DNA from: an uncultured bacterium
Lineage (GTDB): Bacteria > UBA8481
DNA length: 64,000 bases
Reading direction: 5' to 3'
Assembly (NCBI GenBank): GCA_964499705.1
Contig: CAZCME010000004.1
Location: 62,001-126,000, forward strand
Part shown: positions 56,504 to 64,000 of the stretch, piece by piece
How positions within the stretch are numbered: position 1 is the first letter of the stretch
Layout of the letters: each line of letters begins with the position of its first letter
Notes under the pieces: model-generated
What the model was told of the DNA's origin: nothing
The model's input: only the letters and a program-made list of their open reading frames with translations
The model's database searches: none
Program-made: the position numbers and the translations under genes

Positions 56504-57078
56504 AGCGCCGCATCCCGGTCGTGATCGCCGCGGTAATACGTCCGGATGTCGATTCTGCCGCGCAGGACGGGCGAGCCGGGAATGTCGGTCGTCACCAGAA
56601 TATTGTCGACGACAAAAATCCTGAGGCGGGCATTTTCCAGTCGGGTCAGGAATTCCACGAGGCCGGTATACGGACCGGTGAAATCCACCTGCAGCGGGAT
56701 CGAGATATAGTCCGCGTCGCGGATTCTCGCTCCCGACAATGTCAGCCGCTCCACGTTGATGCCCGCCTGATCTCCGATTGCGTAAATATAGGAGACGACT
56801 TCTTCGAATCGCTCCTCGTCGGGAAGCCTTCGGGCCTGGAGCTTGATCTCCCGTTCCAGTTGCGCCACTTCATCCCTGATGTGTTCCAACGCCCGCGAAT
56901 CCGCGCCCGCCGTTTCAGCCTGGATGCCCTGAGATCCCAGGGCGACTTCGATTGCCACGATCTCGGCGGCCGTCGGCGCGTACACCTGCAGATAGAGAAA
57001 CGCGATGGTCACCACCACGAGGCATATTGAAAGGAGAACTTCCTTGCGCTTGAATGTGGCCAGCGTGATGGTCGTCAA
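56500..57078 (-). CDS. pilO: Type IV pilus assembly protein PilO-like
   Basis: TM plus coiled coil; RLPDE; IPLQVDFTGPYTGLVEFL; TTGA overlap. Confidence 0.8.
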   Translation of the reverse strand: MTTITLATFKRKEVLLSICLVVVTIAFLYLQVYAPTAAEIVAIEVALGSQGIQAETAGADSRALEHIRDEVAQLEREIKLQARRLPDEERFEEVVSYIYAIGDQAGINVERLTLSGARIRDADYISIPLQVDFTGPYTGLVEFLTRLENARLRIFVVDNILVTTDIPGSPVLRGRIDIRTYYRGDHDRDAAL

Positions 57079-57695
57079 AAGAGCAACCTCCCCACGAGCG
57101 TGTACGAGGCGGGACGACCCATGCCGAGCGTCTCGGTCACGACGGGCGTGACGTTGTCGAAATGCGAACTCTTCGACAACTCCTCGATGAATCGGGAGAC
57201 GCTCTGCGCGCCGGCACCGCCGCCTTGAATTCGAATCTCGCCAAAATCGTGAAGAACGTCTTCGGCCGGAACCGCATTCGTCCCGATGCCCGATGGCGGC
57301 GCGGCATCGCCGGCGGACTTCCGGTCCTGCGGCGAGAAAGCCAGGGACTGGATCCAGATGTCGCTCGGCACGATGGTCGAAAGTTCGAAGAGAATTTTTC
57401 CCCACCGCGGCGAGTCCATGGCGTTCAACAGGATCGCGGCGCGCGCCTTCAGCTCCGCCTGCTTCGTCTTTTCCGACTCGATTCTCTTCGTCATTTCCTG
57501 ATTCGCAGCCATCGTCTCCATCATCTGCGCCTGCTCGGCCCGAAGATTCGCGAGCTGAATTTTCTGAATTCCCAGCAACCCGGCGACGAGCGCCACCAGG
57601 ACGCAGGCGGCCATGACCGCGCGACGAACAAAGACAGCGTGACGGCGACGGATCAGGATTTCCGGCGGAATGAGATTGACCGGCTGCATGTTCAT
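57075..57695 (-). CDS. pilN: Type IV pilus assembly protein PilN
   Basis: VNLIP motif, TM, coiled coil, VPSDIWI. Confidence 0.88.
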   Translation of the reverse strand: MNMQPVNLIPPEILIRRRHAVFVRRAVMAACVLVALVAGLLGIQKIQLANLRAEQAQMMETMAANQEMTKRIESEKTKQAELKARAAILLNAMDSPRWGKILFELSTIVPSDIWIQSLAFSPQDRKSAGDAAPPSGIGTNAVPAEDVLHDFGEIRIQGGGAGAQSVSRFIEELSKSSHFDNVTPVVTETLGMGRPASYTLVGRLLF

Positions 57696-58603
57696 GAACG
57701 GAGGACCCTCATCGCTAGTCCCGCGGCCACAACGTAGGCGGAAGTCCCGGCCCGATCCGTTTCGGGATATTCATTGGGGGATGCTCCCAGCCGCACAAAT
57801 GGATTCTCGTCTTCCATGGCGAGCTCCAGCGCCGGCGCCAGGGATTCGCGAAGCGAACCGCCCGCCATGAAGGAAGAAAGCAGGATCGCCTGATCTATGA
57901 CGATCTGGTGATGCTTCGTGGAGAAGAAATCGTAGGACTGCATCACCTCGGAGACGATTTGCTCGCGCGCGGCCTGCGACCGGGCGCCGCTCTCGCCGAT
58001 CAGGGAGGTATCCTGGTGCACATCGCGCCAGAAGATGATCCTGCCGTCGGCGGTGACGCCCACGGAGATGACGTTTTCGTGCAACTGGACCCAGAATCGG
58101 CCCGCGGCGGGCTTTTCCATGATGTCCGCGTATCGAAGGAGCGCGAACGCGGCCGGCTCCACGGCCCGCACCTCGCCGCCGCCGGCGCCGATCGTCTCGA
58201 TCGCCGCCACGATTCCGTCGCGATCCGCCGATACCGCCAGGACGCGGACCTTGCTGATACCGTCCTGCTCGAAGTCCTCGATCACGGAGCAGTCAAAGAG
58301 CGAGTTGTCGATCGAGCAATTCATCTGCGACGCGAGTTCCGATCCGGCGACGCCGAGGAGGTCGGCTCGTTCGAGGCGGGGCAGAACGAGATGACGGAGC
58401 ACGACACCCTTGCCTCCGACTCCGAGAACCACATCCATCTTTTTGCCGTTGCGGCCGGAGAAAAACGTCGCCAGATCCCGGCTGATCTCCGCCGGCGGGC
58501 GATTGATTGTGGGAATGCGGAAGCTGCCGGCGATGTGACCGTCCGATTCCATGAGGACCGTACGCCATTCGCTTGTCGAGATATCGATGCCGGCTGTCAT
58601 CAT
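57692..58603 (-). CDS. pilM: Type IV pilus assembly protein PilM-like
   Basis: GIDIS, VEPAAFAL, NPF, AAGLAMR; position in the operon. Confidence 0.82.
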   Translation of the reverse strand: MMTAGIDISTSEWRTVLMESDGHIAGSFRIPTINRPPAEISRDLATFFSGRNGKKMDVVLGVGGKGVVLRHLVLPRLERADLLGVAGSELASQMNCSIDNSLFDCSVIEDFEQDGISKVRVLAVSADRDGIVAAIETIGAGGGEVRAVEPAAFALLRYADIMEKPAAGRFWVQLHENVISVGVTADGRIIFWRDVHQDTSLIGESGARSQAAREQIVSEVMQSYDFFSTKHHQIVIDQAILLSSFMAGGSLRESLAPALELAMEDENPFVRLGASPNEYPETDRAGTSAYVVAAGLAMRVLRS

Positions 58604-59802
58604 CGGCCGAACGCCTCCGAGAGGCTGAAGATCGGCAGGAGCATGGCGATGACCACGGTTCCGACGATGACCGAAAGCGCGAGAATCATGGCTGGCTCGA
58701 GTAGCGACGAGAGTCTCTCCAGCAGAATATCGACCTGCTGATCGTAATAGGTCGCCAGCCGGGAAAGGACGCTGGAGAGTTGCCCTGTCTTCTCGCCCAC
58801 CGAGAGCATCTGAATGAGAAGATCCGGGAAGACCCGCGTCTGATCGAACGCCGCGGAAAGCGATTGTCCCTTTTCAAGTTCTTCGACCGCGCGCGCGACG
58901 CCGGATCTCAGCATCGGAGACCGCAGCGTCTCGGAAGTCACCTTCAGCGCGCGCACCACCGGAACGCCGCCTTCGTCCAGAAGAGAGATGCCGCGGCAGA
59001 AGCGCGCCATCTCCACGGGCAGCAGAATCCTGCCGACGAAGGGGATTTTCCAAAATATTGTCTGAATCCGGTCCTCTATGCCGGGGCGATTCAAGAGCCT
59101 CTGCACCAGGAAATACGCGATCGCGATCAGGGAAAGGACGGCCCACCACCAGGCTTGCGCGGCGCGGGAGATCCCGAGAATCGCGCGCGTGAGAAAGGGG
59201 AGCTGCGCATGAAGTTCCGTGAAGACATTTTCGAACTGCGGCAGCACGAACGCGGTCATGATGGCGAGAACGACGGCGGCCACCCCCATCATGACGGCGG
59301 GGTAGATGCAGGTCGAGACGAGCTTGCGGCGGACGACCATTTCCGAATCCATGTGGTCGGCCAGACGATCGAGAGTCCGGCCGAGAATTCCCGCCGTCTC
59401 CCCGGTTTTCACCATGGAGATATAAAACGGGAAGAACGTCGCGGGTCGCCGGGCGAGCGTTTCGGAAAACGACGTGCCCGCTTCCACATCGGCGATCACC
59501 TCGCCGATCAGCGACTTCAAGTCGTTGGAGACCGGTTGGCGGCCGACGGCCTCGAGGGAACCGCGCAGCGTCAGACCGGCCTCCAGCATCAGGGAGAGTT
59601 GCCGGGTAAAAATCGTCAGCTCCGTGATCGAAACCCGCTTGGCGCGGAAGACGGATGTCGAAATCGCTTTTTCCTTCAGAGAAATGATGTGCGAATGAAC
59701 GAGTCGCAGCCGCGCGCGCGCATCGGTGTACGACGCCGCTTCGATCCGGCCCTCGACGGGAACTCCGGCCGGACCCAGCACTCGGTACGCGTAATCTCTC
59801 AC
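58600..59802 (-). CDS. pilC: Platform protein PilC/GspF
   Basis: FTRQLSLMLEAG, GETAG, IYP, VGEKTGQL, LLEP; GTGA overlap. Confidence 0.92.
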   Translation of the reverse strand: MRDYAYRVLGPAGVPVEGRIEAASYTDARARLRLVHSHIISLKEKAISTSVFRAKRVSITELTIFTRQLSLMLEAGLTLRGSLEAVGRQPVSNDLKSLIGEVIADVEAGTSFSETLARRPATFFPFYISMVKTGETAGILGRTLDRLADHMDSEMVVRRKLVSTCIYPAVMMGVAAVVLAIMTAFVLPQFENVFTELHAQLPFLTRAILGISRAAQAWWWAVLSLIAIAYFLVQRLLNRPGIEDRIQTIFWKIPFVGRILLPVEMARFCRGISLLDEGGVPVVRALKVTSETLRSPMLRSGVARAVEELEKGQSLSAAFDQTRVFPDLLIQMLSVGEKTGQLSSVLSRLATYYDQQVDILLERLSSLLEPAMILALSVIVGTVVIAMLLPIFSLSEAFGR

Positions 59803-60854
59803 GACCCGAACACCTTCATCTTCACTTGCTCCTTGTCGCGCGCGAAACCGAGCGCGGTGTCGGTCGAGATGACGCCCTCCCGATGCAGGCGGACGATCGA
59901 CTGGTCGAATGTCACCATGCCCTGCTGCGAACCCGTTTCGACCTGGGACAGGATCTTCGCCGTCTGGCCCTCGCGAATCAGGTTTCGGATCGCCGTCGTC
60001 GAGGAAAGAACCTCGCATGCGACGGCACGTCCGCCGCCCTGCCGCGGGAGGAGCATCTGCGAGCACATGCCGAGAAGAGACTCCGAAAGCTGGCACCGGA
60101 CCTGGCTCTGCTGGGCCGACGGGAAGATGTCGACGATGCGGTCGACCGTGGACACGGCGTCGAGCGTGTGCAGCGTCGCCAGCACAAGATGACCGGTTTC
60201 TGCCGCCGTGACCGCCACCGCGATCGTTTCGAAGTCGCGCATCTCGCCGACGAGAATCACGTCCGGATCCTGGCGCAGCGCGTACTTGAGGCCCGTGAGA
60301 AAGCTGGCGGTATCGATTCCCACCTCGCGCTGCTCCACGATTCCCTTGCGATGGCCATGCATGAATTCGATCGGATCCTCGATCGTGATGATGTGAAGTT
60401 CCTTGACCTTATTGAGGTGATCGAGAAGCGCGGCGAGCGTCGTGGACTTGCCCGCGCCTGTCGCGCCGGTCACGAGGAAAAGGCCTCGATCGCGCTCGAT
60501 CATGTCCTGCACCGCCTGCGGAACGCCCAGCGTCCGGAAGTCGGGAATCTGGTATGGAACGACGCGGATCGCCAGAGCCAGGCTCGATCTCTGGTAGTGA
60601 AAGTTCAGTCGGAATCGCGCCACGCCGGAAAGGTTGTAGGAGGAATCGCAGTCACGCTTCTTCACGACCTCGTCCACTTTTTCCGCGGTGATCATCTCCT
60701 TCATGAAGGATTCGATATCATGCGACGAGAGGCTCGGCAGATCCGTTCTCGCGATCTTGCCGTCGATCCGGAGAATCGGCGGAATCCCGGCCACGAGATG
60801 CAGGTCGGACGCCGACCGGTCCACCGCCATCCTCAATAGATCGTCGATCTTCAT
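59799..60854 (-). CDS. pilT: Pilus retraction ATPase PilT
   Basis: ASDLHL, TGATGAGKSTT, IEDPIEF, LRQDPD, AETGHLV, AIRNLIRE. Confidence 0.95.
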   Translation of the reverse strand: MKIDDLLRMAVDRSASDLHLVAGIPPILRIDGKIARTDLPSLSSHDIESFMKEMITAEKVDEVVKKRDCDSSYNLSGVARFRLNFHYQRSSLALAIRVVPYQIPDFRTLGVPQAVQDMIERDRGLFLVTGATGAGKSTTLAALLDHLNKVKELHIITIEDPIEFMHGHRKGIVEQREVGIDTASFLTGLKYALRQDPDVILVGEMRDFETIAVAVTAAETGHLVLATLHTLDAVSTVDRIVDIFPSAQQSQVRCQLSESLLGMCSQMLLPRQGGGRAVACEVLSSTTAIRNLIREGQTAKILSQVETGSQQGMVTFDQSIVRLHREGVISTDTALGFARDKEQVKMKVFGS

Positions 60855-62599
60855 CTGTGATCCTGGCTGACGCGCAGCACTTCCTCGATCGTCGTCTCCC
60901 CCGCGAGAATCTTCTCGATGCCGGTCTGCCGGAGGCTGCGCATTCCCGCGGCGCATCCGGCTCGACGCAGGTCATGCGCCGACGCGCCCGCGATGATGAG
61001 TTCCTGGAGCTTCTCGTCGACGGTCATGACCTCGAAGAGCCCGATGCGGCCCTCATAGCCCGTTTCGCCGCATTGCTTGCATCCGCGGCCGCGTGAAACT
61101 TTCGAATCGATCGGAATTTCCAGGCGATCCGCCAGCACGCGCGTCACGGTCTCTGACTGTCTGCAGTTTTCGCAGATCTTCCGGATAAGCCGTTGCGCGA
61201 CGATGCCCGTCAGGGACGAGGCCACGAGAAAAGGCTCTACGCCCATCTGCACGAGCCTTGTAACGGTGAGGGGCGCATCGTTCGTGTGAAGCGTCGAGAG
61301 GACGAAGTGACCCGTCAGAGCCGCCTGGATCGCGATCTCGGCGGTCTCCTTGTCGCGGATCTCGCCGACCATCACGATGTCGGGGTCCTGGCGGAGAATC
61401 GATTTCAAGATGCTGGCGAACGTCAGGCCCGCTTTCGAGAGCACCTGGACCTGGTTGACGCGCTCGATGTGATACTCGACCGGATCCTCCACCGTGACGA
61501 TATTCACTTCCTCGCTGTTGAGATGCTGAAGGCATGAATAGAGCGTCGTCGTCTTGCCCGACCCCGTGGGGCCGGTCACGAGAAGAATACCGTTCGGCGC
61601 GGCGAGGATCGACTTGAGCCTCTCCACATCGCGGCTTTCGAGCCCGAGGTCGTCGAGCCCCAGGCGCGTCGCGCGAAGGTCGAGCACGCGGATCACGGCC
61701 TTCTCGCCGAAAACCGTCGGCAGCACCGAAACGCGGAGATCGACGTTGTGTCCCTGGACCTTGATGCGCACGCGGCCATCCTGAGGAATTCTCCGCTCCG
61801 CGATGTCCAGTCCCGCGATCAGCTTGATCCGCGAAACAAGGGGCGCGTGGAAACTGATCGGAGGCCCCTTGATGACGCGCAGAATCCCGTCCACGCGAAA
61901 GCGGATATGCAGGACGCGCTCGTCGGGCTCGACGTGAATGTCGGACGCTCGATCGCGGATCGCCTGGCTGAAGATGGAATTGAGGAGCCGGATGATCGGC
62001 GCCTCCTCGGCGGCCGACTCCATCTGAGTGACATCCACGATGCCGGAGTCTTTCGTATCCTCCGCCACCTCGACGTCCTCCTCCATCTCCTCCACGACGC
62101 TGTTCATCGAGGCGCCGTAGTGACGCCGCAGGGCATTTTCCAGCTCGGTCGCGGTCGTGACCACGAGGTCCAGTTTCAACCCCGTCAGTTCGCGGATCGC
62201 ATCCATCGCGAAAACATCGAGCGGATCGGACATGGCGACGACGAGGCGTTCCTTGACGCGAAAGAGCGGTATGACGCGATGGCGGAGCGCGAGGTCGACG
62301 GGGATCATCCGCAGCGTTTCCGGATCCATGATGTACTGGTCCATGTTTTCGTAAGGAAGATTGAGATGATTCGCGAGCGCTTCGGCAATCGCATTTTCCG
62401 TGGTGAAGCCCTTCTCGATCATGATCCGGCCGACGCGAACGCCCGGAGTATCGAGCTGAGATTCGAGCGCGGCGATGAGCTGTTCCTCCGTGATGACTTC
62501 CTGCGCGATGAGAATTTCACCGATGCGCTTTCGCGTGCGGCGTTCCATCGCGGCTCTGGCCACGGGAGCCGCGGGAGCCGCGGTAATCATCGCGGTCAC
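60851..62599 (-). CDS. pilB: Extension ATPase PilB/GspE with MshEN domain
   Basis: RIGEIL..QL..AL..Q; ASDIH; GPTGSGKTT; RQDPD; CxxC...CxxC. Confidence 0.93.
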   Translation of the reverse strand: MTAMITAAPAAPVARAAMERRTRKRIGEILIAQEVITEEQLIAALESQLDTPGVRVGRIMIEKGFTTENAIAEALANHLNLPYENMDQYIMDPETLRMIPVDLALRHRVIPLFRVKERLVVAMSDPLDVFAMDAIRELTGLKLDLVVTTATELENALRRHYGASMNSVVEEMEEDVEVAEDTKDSGIVDVTQMESAAEEAPIIRLLNSIFSQAIRDRASDIHVEPDERVLHIRFRVDGILRVIKGPPISFHAPLVSRIKLIAGLDIAERRIPQDGRVRIKVQGHNVDLRVSVLPTVFGEKAVIRVLDLRATRLGLDDLGLESRDVERLKSILAAPNGILLVTGPTGSGKTTTLYSCLQHLNSEEVNIVTVEDPVEYHIERVNQVQVLSKAGLTFASILKSILRQDPDIVMVGEIRDKETAEIAIQAALTGHFVLSTLHTNDAPLTVTRLVQMGVEPFLVASSLTGIVAQRLIRKICENCRQSETVTRVLADRLEIPIDSKVSRGRGCKQCGETGYEGRIGLFEVMTVDEKLQELIIAGASAHDLRRAGCAAGMRSLRQTGIEKILAGETTIEEVLRVSQDHR

Positions 62600-63879
62600 G
62601 CGGACAGCACGAGAGCGGCGGGACGCGACATCCGCATGGCGCCGTCGCAGGATGCCGCATCCCTCGATGAGATCGTCACGCGGTTGCGCCCCTCCTGCTT
62701 CGACTCGTAAAGCGCCTCGTCGCTCCGCTTGATGAGTGCGCTCTTGTCATCGCCCCTGGCGCCCGCCGCCACGCCGATCGAAAGAGTGATTCGATGAACC
62801 TGGTTTTCGTACTCGAGAGGTGTGGATTCGACTCGAGCGCGGAGCAGTTCCGCCAGCGCGGCGCCCTCGGGCTCGCTCAGGCCCGGCAGAACAACGACGA
62901 ACTCCTCGCCGCCGTATCGGGCCAGGAGCGCCATGTCGGGAATTTTCCCGGCATGTTCCTGGACAACTTGCGCGGCCACTTCCGCGACTTTGCGGAGCAC
63001 GGCGTCGCCGGTCTGATGCCCGTGCGTGTCGTTGAATTTCTTGAAGTGATCAATGTCGGCCAGCAGCAGCGTAACGATAGGAGCCTCGACAAGCGCACGA
63101 GTGAGATAATCCTGGAAGTACCTGTGATTATAGAGGCCCGTCAATCCGTCTCGCACAGCCTGCTCTCTGATGCGCCGCACAAACGCGGCGTTCTCGAGCG
63201 CAATCCCGCCCAGGTCGCCGAGGATCGAAAAGATCGCGCTCGCCTGGCGCACATCAGCGCGCTTGGGTTCCGAAAGAATCAGCATGCCGAAAAACTGGTC
63301 GCCGTGAATGATCGGCTGGATGTACGCGGCTTCCAGAGTATCCTGCGATGCCAGCGGAGTGTAAGCGCCGCCGTCGCGCGGCCGTATCCGGACATAAATC
63401 CTGCGCTCGCGAATCACGGTCTCGAAAGGATGCGGACGCTTTTTGATCGCCGAAGTCATTTCCGCCACGGTCCATCCACGAGGAGGCACGCCGATGACGA
63501 GAGTGTCGCCGGATCCATCCTGACTCATCTCGAGAAACGCAGAGCGTTCGACGTCGAGAATCGCCACGGCATGATCGTGAATGATCGCGAATATTTCATG
63601 CTCATCCGCCGAAGCGCCGAGCTTGCGGGCGAAATCCTTGAGCTGAACAAGTTGCGACGAGATCCGGTTCATCTCCTGCTTGCTCTTCGCCTGATCCGTC
63701 TCCACGGTTACGTTCCTGTCCTGCACCACTTTTTCATACCGGAGATTCTGCTCGCGATATCCCGCGATCTTGCGCGTCATCTCCGATCGCTGAACAAGAA
63801 GCCGGACCGTGGCGAACACGAACGGGACCAAGAGGACCGGGGCGAGATAAAACGCGACAGATGCGTCGGTCGGAATCAT
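62596..63879 (-). CDS. TM-GAF-GGDEF diguanylate cyclase
   Basis: DGLTGLYN, DIDHFKKFND, RYGGEEF, GRNRV; no RxxD I-site. Confidence 0.92.
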   Translation of the reverse strand: MIPTDASVAFYLAPVLLVPFVFATVRLLVQRSEMTRKIAGYREQNLRYEKVVQDRNVTVETDQAKSKQEMNRISSQLVQLKDFARKLGASADEHEIFAIIHDHAVAILDVERSAFLEMSQDGSGDTLVIGVPPRGWTVAEMTSAIKKRPHPFETVIRERRIYVRIRPRDGGAYTPLASQDTLEAAYIQPIIHGDQFFGMLILSEPKRADVRQASAIFSILGDLGGIALENAAFVRRIREQAVRDGLTGLYNHRYFQDYLTRALVEAPIVTLLLADIDHFKKFNDTHGHQTGDAVLRKVAEVAAQVVQEHAGKIPDMALLARYGGEEFVVVLPGLSEPEGAALAELLRARVESTPLEYENQVHRITLSIGVAAGARGDDKSALIKRSDEALYESKQEGRNRVTISSRDAASCDGAMRMSRPAALVLSA

Positions 63880-64000
63880 GACGGGATCAACTGTCCATTA
63901 CGCGCGATGGATAGGATCTCGCCCGGATTGACGGTGATCGGCTGCGAGGCGCCCGATACTCGAACACGGCCGGAAACCACAGCGATCCGGATCGCGGTCT
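63876..64000 (-). CDS. 3' end of a probable FecR-domain protein (partial)
   Basis: Manual translation TAIRIAVVSGRVRVSGASQPITVNPGEILSIARNGQLIPS*; stop overlaps the DGC start (ATGA). Confidence 0.55.
   Translation of the reverse strand, partial: TAIRIAVVSGRVRVSGASQPITVNPGEILSIARNGQLIPS

Overview
GC-rich bacterial window from a diderm organism; the lineage cannot be determined from sequence alone. From left to right it contains: (1) a candidate RiPP cluster running off the left edge, made of a PqqD/RRE, a radical SAM/SPASM enzyme, a 65-aa YxxPxL-leader precursor and a eukaryote-type protein-arginine-methyltransferase-like enzyme, divergent from tRNA-Leu(CAA); (2) housekeeping and cell-surface glycan genes (nadA, leuB, ispE, nth, GT4/GT2/GT9/GT-C, methyltransferases); (3) an ACP/acyl-AMP ligase/SDR/GNAT acylation cassette facing a polysaccharide deacetylase; (4) two tRNA-Ser genes flanking yihY and a divergent pair of discoidin-domain glycosidases, one of them GH144-like; (5) a diverged nth fragment, then a DGC-HEAT-GT2-YaiO glycan locus followed by a PAS kinase/receiver/Hpt phosphorelay and a sigma-70 factor; three upstream regions here share a GGGG-N5-CCCY palindrome; (6) a ~24 kb type IV pilus/secretion operon containing a DGC, an HD-GYP-STAS protein, a partner-switching module, a 1272-aa giant minor pilin and 7-nt repeat tracts at four gene 5' ends. 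The best candidate for an undescribed system is the RRE/rSAM/PRMT-like RiPP cluster at 5-2498. All calls come from motif recognition by eye; no database searches were run.
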